A stretch of DNA of 33,940 nt, taken from IMG/VR virus record IMGVR_UViG_3300005764_000050, positions 1 through 33,940 of that record. One strand, 5' to 3'. Made by a program: the position numbers and the translations under genes. Source of the stretch: a virus (lineage: Duplodnaviria; Caudoviricetes). A model generated the notes under the pieces. It did no database searches and was not told where the DNA came from. It saw only the letters and a list, made by a program, of their open reading frames with translations. Positions 1 to 9,776 of the stretch are shown here, one piece after another. The stretch's first letter is position 1, and each line of letters opens with the position of its first letter.

Positions 1-1683
1 GGGACGCACTTGAAGCTTTATATCCTCTGGGGCAATACCTATTACGATATAACTCCCGTTCGCGCGACTTTTTCTCCTCTGAGCGCCAATCCGTTTACCA
101 CCGGCCCCGCGCCCAATTACGTGACGGTCACTATCACCGGTCATGGCGTGACTACGCCCGGTGATTTCGTGACATTCAGCGGCGTGACCGGCACGGTGGG
201 CAGTTATCCGGCGAGCGAGTTCAATCGCGAGTTCCAGGTGGCGAGTGTAATCGACAAAAACAAATTCACCATCGCCATGCCGGAGAATTTCACGACCGCC
301 GGAGTCAGCGGCGGCGGCTCGACGGTCTCGGCATCGTTTCAGATTCCGCCCGGCCTGGACAATGCTGTGCTGGGCACCGGCTGGGGCATTCCGCCCTGGG
401 GCGGCGACGTTCCCAACATTCTCGATCCCAGTCAAAGAACCGGCTGGGGCATGAGTTTCGATCCGCGCCTGCTCAATCCCGTCGGTTTCGATGTGAATCA
501 GATCCGGCTCTGGGATCTCGATAATTTCGGGGAGGATCTGGTCTCCAATATCCGCCATGGGCCGATCTATTACTGGCATCAGCAAGGCGGTTTAGCCAGC
601 CCCGCCGTAGTATTGAATCAAACGGTGACTGTGGGCGGCGTGACCTATACGCCCAACAAGGTTCCTAACTATGGCGCGCAGGTGCTGGTGTCGCCCAACG
701 ACCGCCACCTGATTGCCCTGGGCTGCGATGACATCGGCGCTACCGCGCCCGATCCGCTGCTGGTGCGTTGGTCTACGGAAGAAGACGCCTATGACTGGGA
801 GCCGCGCCGCGACAATTCGGCGGGCGGCCAGCGCCTGAGTATGGGCTCTTACATAATCAATGGCCTGCGCACGCGCCAGGAGATTTTGATCTGGACTGAC
901 TTGGGTCTGTGGAGCATGAAGTTTATTGGCGTGCCCTACGTGTTCGGTTTCGATGTGATTGCCGAGGGCCTGAGCATCATCGGCCCCAATGCCGCCGTCA
1001 ATGCGGGCAATATGCTGTTTTGGATGGACAGGGGTATTTTTTATGCCTACACCGGGCAGGTGCAGGAGTTGCCCTGCACCTGTAAGGATTTCATCTTCAG
1101 CAATCTCAATTTCACGCAACAGTACAAGGTTTTTGCCGGACACAATCACCAGTTCAGCGAGGTCATCTGGTTCTATCCGTCGGAAGGTTCCAATGAGAAC
1201 GACCGGTATGCGATCTACAACTATGTGGATCAGGTCTGGAGCATTGGCCAGATCGAGCGCACGGCATGGCTCGATATGGGCCGCAGCGCCTATCCGATTG
1301 CGGCCAGCACGCTGAAGCATCTGCTCTACTATCACGAGCTGGGCGACGACGACGACGGCACCACGTTGCCCGCGTACATCGAGAGCGCCGACGTGGACCA
1401 GGGCGGCGGCGACCACTTTTTGTTTCTGGGCCGTCTGTTTCCCGATGTGCAGTTTCGCGGGGACTCGGATACGCAGACGGTCGGCATCAGCGTTCTGAAG
1501 CGGAACTCGGCGCAGGATCTGAAACAGGTCGGAGCGCGAATCACGGTCACGCCGCGCACGCAGCAGGAGTTTGTGCGCGTGCGGGCACGGCAGCTCTCGT
1601 TCCGGGTGGAGAGCGATCATCTGGGGGTCGGCTGGCGGCTGGGCACGCTGCGCGGCGATCTGCAGGTGGACGGCAAGAGGTGA
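1..1683 (+). CDS. Podovirus-type virion stabilisation / tail tubular protein (P22 gp10-like), 5'-truncated
   Basis: Frame is open from base 1 (GTHLKLYI...). Beta-rich, with motifs WDLDNFGEDL, LLVRWS..ED, ILIWTD, HNHQFSEVIWFYPS and C-terminal GWRLG..R.D...DGKR that I associate with this phage family. Sits in the virion gene cluster. Confidence 0.7.
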   Translation, partial: GTHLKLYILWGNTYYDITPVRATFSPLSANPFTTGPAPNYVTVTITGHGVTTPGDFVTFSGVTGTVGSYPASEFNREFQVASVIDKNKFTIAMPENFTTAGVSGGGSTVSASFQIPPGLDNAVLGTGWGIPPWGGDVPNILDPSQRTGWGMSFDPRLLNPVGFDVNQIRLWDLDNFGEDLVSNIRHGPIYYWHQQGGLASPAVVLNQTVTVGGVTYTPNKVPNYGAQVLVSPNDRHLIALGCDDIGATAPDPLLVRWSTEEDAYDWEPRRDNSAGGQRLSMGSYIINGLRTRQEILIWTDLGLWSMKFIGVPYVFGFDVIAEGLSIIGPNAAVNAGNMLFWMDRGIFYAYTGQVQELPCTCKDFIFSNLNFTQQYKVFAGHNHQFSEVIWFYPSEGSNENDRYAIYNYVDQVWSIGQIERTAWLDMGRSAYPIAASTLKHLLYYHELGDDDDGTTLPAYIESADVDQGGGDHFLFLGRLFPDVQFRGDSDTQTVGISVLKRNSAQDLKQVGARITVTPRTQQEFVRVRARQLSFRVESDHLGVGWRLGTLRGDLQVDGKR

Positions 1684-1684
1684 T

Positions 1685-1951
1685 ATGGCACGGCAAGTCA
1701 GACAGACGCTTCCCGATCCGCCGCCGGTGTACGACCAGGAATACATCGCCGCCCTGGCGCGCAGCCTGAACCACTATATGGGGCAGGCGCAGGCCCTGGC
1801 CGAGGTAGTGGCGGCGCGGTTCATTATGACCAATCCGCTTACCATACCCGGCGATCTGCCGAACACTACGGGGCTGTCGAAAGGCACGCTGTATGTGCGC
1901 ACGGTGAGCGGGGTTCCGGTGATCAGTATTGTGCAGGAGAGTGACCCATAA
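1685..1951 (+). CDS. Small virion-associated protein (88 aa)
   Basis: ATG at 1685 directly follows the upstream stop. MARQVRQTLPDPPPVYDQEY contains the LP.PP..YD motif that typically follows gp10-like genes. Its stop overlaps the next ATG. Confidence 0.6.
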   Translation: MARQVRQTLPDPPPVYDQEYIAALARSLNHYMGQAQALAEVVAARFIMTNPLTIPGDLPNTTGLSKGTLYVRTVSGVPVISIVQESDP

Positions 1952-2778
1952 TGCTAAATCCAATTCGCAATGTGGAGAAATCGCTGGGGGCTGGAGGCCC
2001 CGGCGAAACCGTGATTGCGCCCAAGCGCTCCAGCTTCAGCGCCATGCGGCGGCAACCTCATAACTACCCGGTGCGCCGTGCCGGTGCCGGTTCCGGCCTG
2101 GGCGCGATCCGGCTGCAGGCGGGCGGCAACCTGGACGAAGAGAGCACCGATACCGAGAGGAGCGCCGCACCTGCCGAGGCGGTGCAAGAGGCTCCGGCGT
2201 CGGTGCCCGATCCCTCGGATCTGCGCGAGCCGGACAGCGATCTGTCGCCTCGGGATGCGCAGATGCGCGAGATCGTGATCGATGCCATGGCGGCGCTGCG
2301 CGGCGAGCATCCCGACCCGGAGGCTGCGATCCGGCGTTTCATCGACACTTTCGGCGAGGCCGACTTCCGCGAGCTGCGGCGCATGGTGCTGGGCGCGCAA
2401 GGGCCGGACGAGGGAGACGGCGACCAGGAGCCGGACGAAGGCGATGAGGAGGACGACGGCGGCGACGACGACGGTGAGGAGTCGATGCAGCGGGCCGGTG
2501 GCATGCAGGTGGGTGGCCTGTTGAAAGGCCCGGGCAGCGGCCAGAGCGACGATATCGAAGCGAGTACGCCCAGTGGCCGCCGGGTGCTGCTCTCTGACGG
2601 CGAGTATGTGATCGACGCGCCCACGGTGGCCGCCCTGGGCGACGGCTCGACCGAGGCCGGAGCGCGGCGGCTGGACGGGTTCCGCAAGGCCATCCGGCAG
2701 CAGGCTTACGGTCATGACGGTCAGGCCAAGACAATGCGGCGCGGTGGCCGGGCTATCCTGGCGGCGCTTGGTCAATGA
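1951..2778 (+). CDS. Putative virion/ejection-associated protein with GPG.G.SD.I domain
   Basis: 275 aa with an acidic linker, then GGLLKGPGSGQSDDIEA...LLSDGEYVIDA...LGDGSTEAGARRLD, a motif common in phage tape-measure/ejected proteins. Translationally coupled on both sides. Confidence 0.6.
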   Translation: MLNPIRNVEKSLGAGGPGETVIAPKRSSFSAMRRQPHNYPVRRAGAGSGLGAIRLQAGGNLDEESTDTERSAAPAEAVQEAPASVPDPSDLREPDSDLSPRDAQMREIVIDAMAALRGEHPDPEAAIRRFIDTFGEADFRELRRMVLGAQGPDEGDGDQEPDEGDEEDDGGDDDGEESMQRAGGMQVGGLLKGPGSGQSDDIEASTPSGRRVLLSDGEYVIDAPTVAALGDGSTEAGARRLDGFRKAIRQQAYGHDGQAKTMRRGGRAILAALGQ

Positions 2779-2978
2779 AGAGTTTCGACTATCTGGTGAG
2801 CCGTGAAATCGAGAACCGGATGCATACGCTGATGGATGGACTTTCCCGGGGTGCTCCCAACGATTGGTCTGAATATTGTAAGCTCATTGGTGAAATTCGC
2901 GGCCTACGATACGCGCAGCAAGCTGTACTCAATGCACGCAGCGTTCAGCAGGCCTCTTCCGACGAGGACGAAACATGA
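2775..2978 (+). CDS. Conserved small phage protein upstream of GroES-like gene
   Basis: 67 aa, ATGA overlaps at both ends, motif DWSEYCKLIGEIRGL. Confidence 0.65.
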   Translation: MKSFDYLVSREIENRMHTLMDGLSRGAPNDWSEYCKLIGEIRGLRYAQQAVLNARSVQQASSDEDET

Positions 2979-3328
2979 CTGTGGAAGCGGAGAAGGCGCT
3001 GGAAGTCCTGCAGCCTGCCGGATACCGCATTCTGGTGCGCATTCCGCACCTGGATGTGAAGATGACCAACGGGTTATACCGTCCCGACAGCTCGCGTTCG
3101 CTGGAAGAGACAGCCAGCCTGATCGGCGAAGTGATCGCCCTGGGCGAGTGCGCGTATGCCGACGCGGATAAGTTTCCCGATGGGCCCTGGTGCCGGGTGG
3201 GAGATTTCATTGCGATGCGCGCCTACTCCGGGACGCGATTCAAAATTGACGGCACTGAATACCGCCTGATTAATGACGATACCGTGGAGGCGGTGGTGTC
3301 GCAGCCGCAACGCATGGAGCGAGTGTAG
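2975..3328 (+). CDS. groES: Phage GroES/Cpn10-like co-chaperonin
   Basis: LQPAGYRILV...GLYRP...GEVIALG...WCRVGDFI...YSGTRFKIDGTEYRLINDDTVEAVV matches the Cpn10 pattern (P..DRVLV, G.V.AVG, VGD.V, Y.G, G..Y.....DILAVV). Confidence 0.85.
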   Translation: MTVEAEKALEVLQPAGYRILVRIPHLDVKMTNGLYRPDSSRSLEETASLIGEVIALGECAYADADKFPDGPWCRVGDFIAMRAYSGTRFKIDGTEYRLINDDTVEAVVSQPQRMERV

Positions 3329-3330
3329 CT

Positions 3331-4281
3331 ATGCCTGAGGAACGAAACGATTCGGCGACCGAACCGGATGACGATAGCGGCATTGAAGTTGAGGTCGTAC
3401 CCGAAAGGGCGGAGGACAAGCCGCGCTTGAACGGTCGCCCGCCGACCGGCGCGGATGTGGGCGACGACGAAATCGCCCGCTACGGCAAAGAGGTGCAGGG
3501 GCGCATCAAGAAATTGCGCTTCGCGTATCACGAGGAGCGCCGCCTGCGCGAGCAGTCGCAGCGCGACATGACGACCGCCAACGAAATGGCGCAGCGGCTG
3601 TTCCGCGAAAACGCGGAGCTGCGGCGCAACGTGCAGGCCGGTGAGCAGGCGGTGGTGCAGCAGGCGCTCAATCGTGCCGAGGCGGAGATCGAGCATGCCA
3701 AGGTAAAGAATCGCGCCGCGCTGGAGTCCGGCGTGGCCGACGACATCGTGAGCACCAACGCCGCCCTGGCGCGGGCCGTCGCGGAGAAAGAACGTCTGGC
3801 GATTCTGCGCGCCGATCCCAGCCGGGAGCCGCCGCCGCAGCAGCAGCAGGCCCCGCCGCCGCAGCCCGACGCGCGCACCCAGGACTGGCTGGATCGCAAC
3901 TCCTGGTATCGGAAGCCGGGCGAGGAGGAACGTACCGCGTTGGCGATAGGCGTCCATAACCGGCTGGTGGCCCAGGGCGTGAGCGCGGCCAGCAATCCCG
4001 ACCTGTACTGGCGGACGATTGACGAGCGGCTAGCCGCGACGTTCCCCGAAAAGTATCGGACTGCTTCCAACGGCAACGAGCCGGACGAGAGGGAGTCTGC
4101 CGTTTCCCGTCCGCTGGCAGTAGCGGGCGGCACGCGCAGTAATGGCGGAACTGCGACCGCCAGCCGCACCCGGACCATCCGCCTTTCTGAATCCCAGGTG
4201 CGGCTGGCGCACCGACTCGGGCTCACTCCGCAGCAGTATGCGGCGCAGGTCGAGATCGAAGAGAAGAAAGAGGCAAGCTGA
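3331..4281 (+). CDS. Putative capsid scaffolding protein
   Basis: Acidic N-terminus, long coiled-coil, W...N.W motif and C-terminal IRLSESQVRLAHRLGLTPQQYA. Lies upstream of the capsid genes. Confidence 0.65.
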   Translation: MPEERNDSATEPDDDSGIEVEVVPERAEDKPRLNGRPPTGADVGDDEIARYGKEVQGRIKKLRFAYHEERRLREQSQRDMTTANEMAQRLFRENAELRRNVQAGEQAVVQQALNRAEAEIEHAKVKNRAALESGVADDIVSTNAALARAVAEKERLAILRADPSREPPPQQQQAPPPQPDARTQDWLDRNSWYRKPGEEERTALAIGVHNRLVAQGVSAASNPDLYWRTIDERLAATFPEKYRTASNGNEPDERESAVSRPLAVAGGTRSNGGTATASRTRTIRLSESQVRLAHRLGLTPQQYAAQVEIEEKKEAS

Positions 4282-4775
4282 TGAGTGATCGTGTGCCCCG
4301 CGAGGACAGCACGCGCGTATCGGAGCAGCGCCCCATGGCCTGGGCCCCGGCCAACATGCTGCCCGATCCCAAACCCCGGCCAGGGAAGAAATTCCGCTGG
4401 ATCCGCACGGCGGCGGTGGGAGAGCCGGATGCCGTCAACGTCTCGCGACGCTTCAGGGAAGGGTGGGTGCCGGTCAAAGCGGCGGACCATCCCGAACTGC
4501 AAATTCTGTGTGATCGTGACAGCCGGTTTCCCGAAGGGGTAGAGGTCGGGGGCCTGCTGCTGTGTCAAACGTCCGACGAACACGTTCGGGCGCGCACCGA
4601 GTATTATCGCAACCAGACCGTCGCCCAGATGAATGCCGTCAATTCGCAATTGATGGCCGAGGAGGATCCCAGGTTGCGCACGATGTATCGGGATGTGAAA
4701 TCACGGGTCCGTTTTGGACCGGACGCCCGGCGCGATTCCGGCCCTGACGCGCTTCCGCCTCCGGCGACGAAGTAA
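4281..4775 (+). CDS. Conserved phage head-module protein
   Basis: 164 aa with WAPANMLPDP...FRWIR...EGWVPV...VGGLLLC motifs. Coupled to the scaffold gene. Confidence 0.65.
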   Translation: MSDRVPREDSTRVSEQRPMAWAPANMLPDPKPRPGKKFRWIRTAAVGEPDAVNVSRRFREGWVPVKAADHPELQILCDRDSRFPEGVEVGGLLLCQTSDEHVRARTEYYRNQTVAQMNAVNSQLMAEEDPRLRTMYRDVKSRVRFGPDARRDSGPDALPPPATK

Positions 4776-4884
4776 CTGCACCTGCTTCGCCGCAGTTTGG
4801 CTTTCCCCTGTGATCTCGCACGTGGAGCTGCCCAGGCAGACTCCGCGTTGTCGTCAACGTGTCCTTAACGTGAGGGAGGAGTGT

Positions 4885-5484
4885 ATGGCAAGTGTTGCCA
4901 GTCCCTACGGTCTGAGACCGGTGCAGTTGATCGGAGGGCTCCCCTTTGCCGGGGCTATCCGCTCCTATGCGCTCACCGGAAATCAGGCCACTGCCTTTTA
5001 CTTCGGCAGTATTGTCGGCCTGTCGGGTGGTCAGCTCACCACGATCACAGCCAGTCCGACTACTACCGTCAGCGCCAATTCGCCCATCGGCGTATTCATG
5101 GGCTGTGAATATCAGGATCCCGTCCGGGGATTTGTGAATGCGCAGATGTTCCCCGCTGGCGGCTTCAACGCCGGTTACAGCAAGATCAAATTCAAAATCC
5201 TGGATGCGCCCGGCTGTGTGTGGCAAGTACAGGCCAATGGTCCAGTGACTGCCGACAAGATCGGCCTCAATGTGCAGCTCGCCACCTTCGCCGTGGGCAA
5301 CACGGCGACCGGCGACAGCACGGCAGCGGCGGATGCGGTAGCGGCGGTGACTGCCACCTATGCTTTGAAAATTGTCGGCTTCGTTGATAAGGCCGGAGTT
5401 TCTGCGGTCGGCGATGCCTTTACGGACTTGCTGGTCATCTGGAATGCCGGTGTGCATCGGTATGCCGGAGCAGCGGGGTTATAA
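4885..5484 (+). CDS. Putative head decoration / minor capsid protein (199 aa)
   Basis: Strong RBS GGGAGGAG before ATG 4885. MASVASPYGLRPV...GVFMGCEY; Ala/Gly/Thr-rich beta protein immediately upstream of the major capsid gene. Confidence 0.65.
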   Translation: MASVASPYGLRPVQLIGGLPFAGAIRSYALTGNQATAFYFGSIVGLSGGQLTTITASPTTTVSANSPIGVFMGCEYQDPVRGFVNAQMFPAGGFNAGYSKIKFKILDAPGCVWQVQANGPVTADKIGLNVQLATFAVGNTATGDSTAAADAVAAVTATYALKIVGFVDKAGVSAVGDAFTDLLVIWNAGVHRYAGAAGL

Positions 5485-5496
5485 GGAGGTTCAGTC

Positions 5497-6408
5497 ATGG
5501 CGATAAGCAGAGCACAATTACTCAAAGAGCTGATTCCCGGGCTGAATGCCTTATTCGGCTTGGAGTATAAAAGATACGCCGAGGAACACAAAGAAATCTT
5601 CGCCGTGGAAAACAGCGAACGATCTTTTGAGGAAGAGGTCAAAATTACGGGCTTTGGTCCCGCGCCGGTGAAGCCGGAAGGCGAGGCCATCGCTTATGAC
5701 GACGCGCAGGAAAGTTATGTCGCGCGCTACAGTCACGAAACCATTGCGGTTGGTTTCTCCATTACTGAAGAAGCTGTGGAGGACAACTTATATGACTCGT
5801 TGTCGGCGCGCTACACCAAGGCCCTGGCGCGCAGCATGGCCCACACCAAGCAGACCAAGGGCGCGGCGGTTCTCAACCGCGCGTTCGATCCGTTGTATCC
5901 CATGGGTGATGCTGTGTCTCTGTGCAACACCAGTCATCCGCTGGTGATGGGCGGGACCGTCAACAACAATACGCAAACCACTCCGGTGGACATCAATGAA
6001 ACGGCGCTGGAGAACGCGGCCACGCAGATCGCGGGATGGGTGGATGATCGCGGTCTGCTGGTGGCGGCCAAGCCGCGTAAGCTGATTATCCCGGCGGGGC
6101 TGGTCTTTGTGGCGACGCGGCTGTTGCGCAGCCAGTACAGGCCGGGAACGGCAGATAATGATGTAAATGCAATTTATACCAACGGGACCATACCGGAAGG
6201 TTACTTTGTTAATCACTATCTGACCGATCCCGACGCTTATTTTATTATTACCGACATACCTAACGGACTGAAGCACTTTGTTAGGGTGCCACTTAAGACG
6301 GACAATGACGGAGATTTTGATACGGGGAATGTTCGTTATAAGGCAAGGGAGCGCTATTCCTTCGGAGCCAGCGATCCTTTGGGTATCTGGGGTTCGCCCG
6401 GTGCATAA
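5497..6408 (+). CDS. Major capsid protein (Mu gpT-like family)
   Basis: RBS TAAGGAGG. MAISRAQLLKELIPGLNALFGLEY...SERSFEEE...K.EG..I.YD...GDFDTGNVRYKARERYSFG.SDP.GIWGSPGA is a characteristic capsid signature. Confidence 0.9.
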   Translation: MAISRAQLLKELIPGLNALFGLEYKRYAEEHKEIFAVENSERSFEEEVKITGFGPAPVKPEGEAIAYDDAQESYVARYSHETIAVGFSITEEAVEDNLYDSLSARYTKALARSMAHTKQTKGAAVLNRAFDPLYPMGDAVSLCNTSHPLVMGGTVNNNTQTTPVDINETALENAATQIAGWVDDRGLLVAAKPRKLIIPAGLVFVATRLLRSQYRPGTADNDVNAIYTNGTIPEGYFVNHYLTDPDAYFIITDIPNGLKHFVRVPLKTDNDGDFDTGNVRYKARERYSFGASDPLGIWGSPGA

Positions 6409-6437
6409 GTCAGTTAGTAAGTAAGTGAGTTGCTCCT

Positions 6438-6496
6438 TGCTGGGCGGCGGCGGTAATCCTTTGGGGGTGATGCCCGCTGGCCGCCCAGCATTTTTT
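6438..6496 (+). terminator. Rho-independent terminator after capsid gene
   Basis: TGCTGGGCGGC (6438-6448) pairs with GCCGCCCAGCA (6480-6490), followed by TTTTTT. Confidence 0.7.
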
Positions 6497-6504
6497 GACG
6501 GGAT

Positions 6505-9057
6505 ATGATCGACCGGAGTTTATATAGCGATCCGCCGCCGGTGAATGGCTTGGGTGCGCTGGATGTCGCGCTGCAGGACGCGCCGTCGCGTGTGGTGGAT
6601 TTGCCCGATGGCGGCATGGAGATCCACTATGACGAAGAGCCCGGGTCGCATATCGCCGATGCTCCATTCGACGCCAATCTGGCCGAATACCTGGAGCCGA
6701 ACACGCTGCAGACACTGGCCAACGATCTGCGTTTCGCGGTGGATGAGGACCTGAGCAGCCGCCGCGACTGGGAGAGCGCGCTGACCAACGGCCTGGATCT
6801 GCTGGGCATCCGGCAGCAGGAGCGCACCATTCCCTGGGCGGGCGCTTGCGGCATCGTGCATCCGATGATTTTGGAGGCCGCAGTCCGATTTCAGAGTAAG
6901 TCGATTACCCGGCTGTTTCCGCCCAGGGGCCCGGCGGATTGCAAGATCATCGGCGAAAGCTCGCACGCCAAGCTGGAACAGGCCAAGCGCGTGGCCGACG
7001 ACCTGAATCACTGGCTTTGCGAAAAAATGCCGGAATACCGGGACGAGACGGAGCAACTGCTCTTCGCTCTGCCGGTGGACGGCAGCGCCTTCCGCAAAAT
7101 TTATTACGATCCCCTGGAGCGCCGACCGAAGGCGATTTTCGTTCCGGCCAACGACCTGATTTTGCCCTACGGATTCGACTTGCAGACCTCGCCGCGCGTG
7201 ACGCATGTCATGCGGCAGAGTTACGGCGACGTGCGCCGCCTGCAGATGCGCGGCTTCTATCGCGACATCTTTCTGCATCAGTCGCCGGTGGAGCTGGACC
7301 GCATCGAGGAGAAGGTGTCGCGCCTGGGCGGCATCAGCCCCTCTTATTCGCGCAATGAGTTATTGACTCTGCGCGAGATTCACGCTGATCTGGTGCTGGA
7401 CGAAACCGGGGACGGTGAAGAGCCGTTGCCTTATATCGTTACCATCGAGCAGACCAGCAACATTATTCTCGCGATTCGCCGCAACTGGCGGGAGGGCGAC
7501 GCCGACCACGCCAAGATTCTCTACTTCGTGCATTACCGCTACGTGCCTTGGCGCGGGCCGTATGGCTTGGGCTTGATTCATCTGATCGGCGGCATCGGCA
7601 CCGGCACCACGTCGATCCTGCGCCAGTTAGTCGATGCGGGCACCCTGGCCAACCTGCCCGGCGGCCTGAAGACGCGCGGCATGCGCATCAAGGGCGAGGA
7701 CGATCCGATCCTGCCGGGTGAGTGGCGTGACGTGGATACGCCGACTGCGAAGATCGCCGACTCGATTTATGCTCTGCCCTACAAGGAGCCCAGCAGCGTG
7801 CTCTTTCAGTTACTGCAGATGCTGGTGGTCGAGGGCAAAAGCTTTGCATCGATTGCCGACCTGGACATCAGCACCTCCACGCAGAATGCGCCGGTCGGCA
7901 CGATGCTGGCGCTGATCGAGAGAGCGACCGAAGTCATCACCGCCGTCCAGGCGCGATTGCATCAGTCGTTGGGCCGGGAGCTGACCTTACTCGCGGAAAT
8001 CGTCCATGACTGCACGGCGGACACTTATGAGTATGACCCGGTGAATGCGCCGCGCAGCGCCAAGAAAGATGACTACGCGCAGCAGCTTTCGGTCGTGCCG
8101 GTCAGCGATCCGGCCTCGGCCACGATGGCGCAAAGGGTGATGGAATACCAAGCCGCTCTTCAGTTGAGCGCTACCGCTCCCCAGTTGTATAACTTGCCGC
8201 TCTTGCACCGCAGCATGCTGGAGGTTTTAGGTATCGACAACGCGGACCAGATCGTGCCGGACAAGACCGCCGTCGATCCGCAGGATCCGGTGAGCGAGAA
8301 CATGGCCATTCTGACTTCGAAGCCGGTGCGCGCGTTCGAATGGCAGGATCACGACTCGCACATCACGTGTCATCAGACTTTCATGCAGGATCCGCGCATT
8401 CAGCAGGGATTGGGACAGACGCCGCTGGCGGCCAGCATCCAGAGCGCCGCCCAGGCGCATCTGGCCGAACACATGGCGTATCAGTACCGGAAGGGCATCG
8501 AGCAGCAGATGGGCGTGCCCCTGCCCGCGCACGGCACCAAGCTTCCGGCGGAGGTCGAAGAGCAGCTCAGCGGGGTGGCCGCCGCCGCCGCGCAGAAGCT
8601 GCTGGCGCAGGATCAGGCCAGGGCGCAGCAGCAGCAGGCGCAGCAGCAGGGGCAGGATCCGATGGTGCAACTGCAGCAGCAGGAATTGCAGATCAAACAG
8701 CAGGCGGCCCAGGCCAAGGCGGCCACCGATGCGGGCAAGCTGCAACTGGAGCAGCAGAAGCTGATGCAGAAGGCGCAGAGCGATCAGGCCAAGCTGGCCA
8801 GCGCCGAACGCCGCACCGCCGCCGAAGTCGAAGGCGACCAGAATCGCGCCATGATCAGCGCCGGAGTCGATCAGGCCAATGCCGCCAGCCGCGAGCGGCA
8901 GGCCGCGCTGACGCATCAGTTGGGCCACGCCAAGCTGGCCAGCGGCGAACGGCAGGCAGCGCTCGACCATCTCGTGGGCATGCATGAGAGCGAGCAGGAC
9001 CGTCAGAATCAACCTCCGGCTCCGCTGCCGGAGCCCCCGTCAGGAGAGAACCCATGA
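6505..9057 (+). CDS. Portal protein with Gln/Ala-rich C-terminal extension
   Basis: 850 aa. FDANLAEYL, SRRDWE, PWAGACGIVHPMILEAAVRFQ, GSAFRKIYYD, YGLGLIHLIGG, LRQLVDAGTLANLPGG, LPYKEPS and APVGTMLAL are P22-like portal motifs. Confidence 0.88.
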   Translation: MIDRSLYSDPPPVNGLGALDVALQDAPSRVVDLPDGGMEIHYDEEPGSHIADAPFDANLAEYLEPNTLQTLANDLRFAVDEDLSSRRDWESALTNGLDLLGIRQQERTIPWAGACGIVHPMILEAAVRFQSKSITRLFPPRGPADCKIIGESSHAKLEQAKRVADDLNHWLCEKMPEYRDETEQLLFALPVDGSAFRKIYYDPLERRPKAIFVPANDLILPYGFDLQTSPRVTHVMRQSYGDVRRLQMRGFYRDIFLHQSPVELDRIEEKVSRLGGISPSYSRNELLTLREIHADLVLDETGDGEEPLPYIVTIEQTSNIILAIRRNWREGDADHAKILYFVHYRYVPWRGPYGLGLIHLIGGIGTGTTSILRQLVDAGTLANLPGGLKTRGMRIKGEDDPILPGEWRDVDTPTAKIADSIYALPYKEPSSVLFQLLQMLVVEGKSFASIADLDISTSTQNAPVGTMLALIERATEVITAVQARLHQSLGRELTLLAEIVHDCTADTYEYDPVNAPRSAKKDDYAQQLSVVPVSDPASATMAQRVMEYQAALQLSATAPQLYNLPLLHRSMLEVLGIDNADQIVPDKTAVDPQDPVSENMAILTSKPVRAFEWQDHDSHITCHQTFMQDPRIQQGLGQTPLAASIQSAAQAHLAEHMAYQYRKGIEQQMGVPLPAHGTKLPAEVEEQLSGVAAAAAQKLLAQDQARAQQQQAQQQGQDPMVQLQQQELQIKQQAAQAKAATDAGKLQLEQQKLMQKAQSDQAKLASAERRTAAEVEGDQNRAMISAGVDQANAASRERQAALTHQLGHAKLASGERQAALDHLVGMHESEQDRQNQPPAPLPEPPSGENP

Positions 9058-9284
9058 TGATCAAAGTCAAATTGAAGAAGGGATTTGTGCATAACGGCAA
9101 GGCCTACAGGGAAGGCGACGAATTTGAAGGCTTGGAGGAAGATATCCGCTCTCTGGTTCAGCAGGGTTATTGCGATGACCCGGCGGAGAACGCCACTGAG
9201 AAATCCTCCGCCGAGAAACATGTGGATAAGTCTGTGGAAGGTTCCAAGTCCGCCGCCTCTGATCCCGCTAAAAAGTCCCGCTGA
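9054..9284 (+). CDS. Small phage protein (76 aa)
   Basis: RBS AGGAG, ATGA overlap with the portal stop, motif FVHNGKAYREGDEFE. Confidence 0.6.
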   Translation: MMIKVKLKKGFVHNGKAYREGDEFEGLEEDIRSLVQQGYCDDPAENATEKSSAEKHVDKSVEGSKSAASDPAKKSR

Positions 9285-9307
9285 TACGATCCTCGCTACT
9301 ATTTTCG

Positions 9308-9334
9308 ATACGGGGAGCTAACTGCTCCCTGTAT
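9308..9334 (+). terminator. Hairpin / probable terminator ending the virion operon
   Basis: ATACGGGGAGC-TAACT-GCTCCCTGTAT, an 11-bp stem with one G-U pair, right after the 9284 stop. The U-tract is weak. Confidence 0.5.
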
Positions 9335-9655
9335 TATCACTTGAGACATGTCTCCCGGTATTATCACTTGAGATATGTCTGAGACATGTCTGAGACGCAC
9401 CTAAAACGCACCTAAAACGCACCCAAAACGCACCCAAAACGTGCCCAAAACGTGCCCAAAACGTGCCCAAAACGTGCGTGAAACGTGGCGCGAAATATTT
9501 CGCGAAGCGAGATGCCTGAAATGTCTGGAACCATAGGAACCATAGGAACCGTAGAAATCATGGAAACCATGGAAACCATATAGCAACGATAGCTGTTGAT
9601 TGTCATTGATTGTCACTGATTGCTGCTGATTGACACCGATTCGCCTTGATTGCTG
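9331..9655. repeat. Stacked tandem-repeat region (11-, 9- and 10-bp periods); candidate origin or packaging site
   Basis: GTATTATCACTTGAGAYATGTCT x2 (9331, 9358); GAGAYATGTCT x3; ACG(CA/TG)CCYAAA x7 (9395-9471); GRAAYCRTR x6 (9527-9580); YYGATTGNNN-like x6 (9596-9655). Confidence 0.85.
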
Positions 9656-9747
9656 TTGTTTTAGGGTAATTGGCCTAAGGTGATTAAACGAGTTATTCGC
9701 GCTAAGTCTTGTTACACACGATCAATCGGAATATCTGAGATTTTTGC

Positions 9748-9776
9748 TTGACCGGTTTTCAAAATCGCGCTACACC
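9748..9776 (+). promoter_or_regulatory. Possible sigma70-type promoter for the accessory operon
   Basis: TTGACC, 17-bp spacer, TACACC, upstream of 9869. The -10 element is weak. Confidence 0.3.

Noticed and set aside
592-4649. Long minus-strand ORFs (592-1746, 1954-2775, 3528-4649) and similar shadows opposite the portal, ejection genes and terL
   Set aside because: Expected in high-GC DNA opposite well-supported, tightly coupled genes.
9401-9616. Minus-strand ORFs across the tandem repeats
   Set aside because: Repetitive translations in two frames with no RBS; by-products of the repeats.
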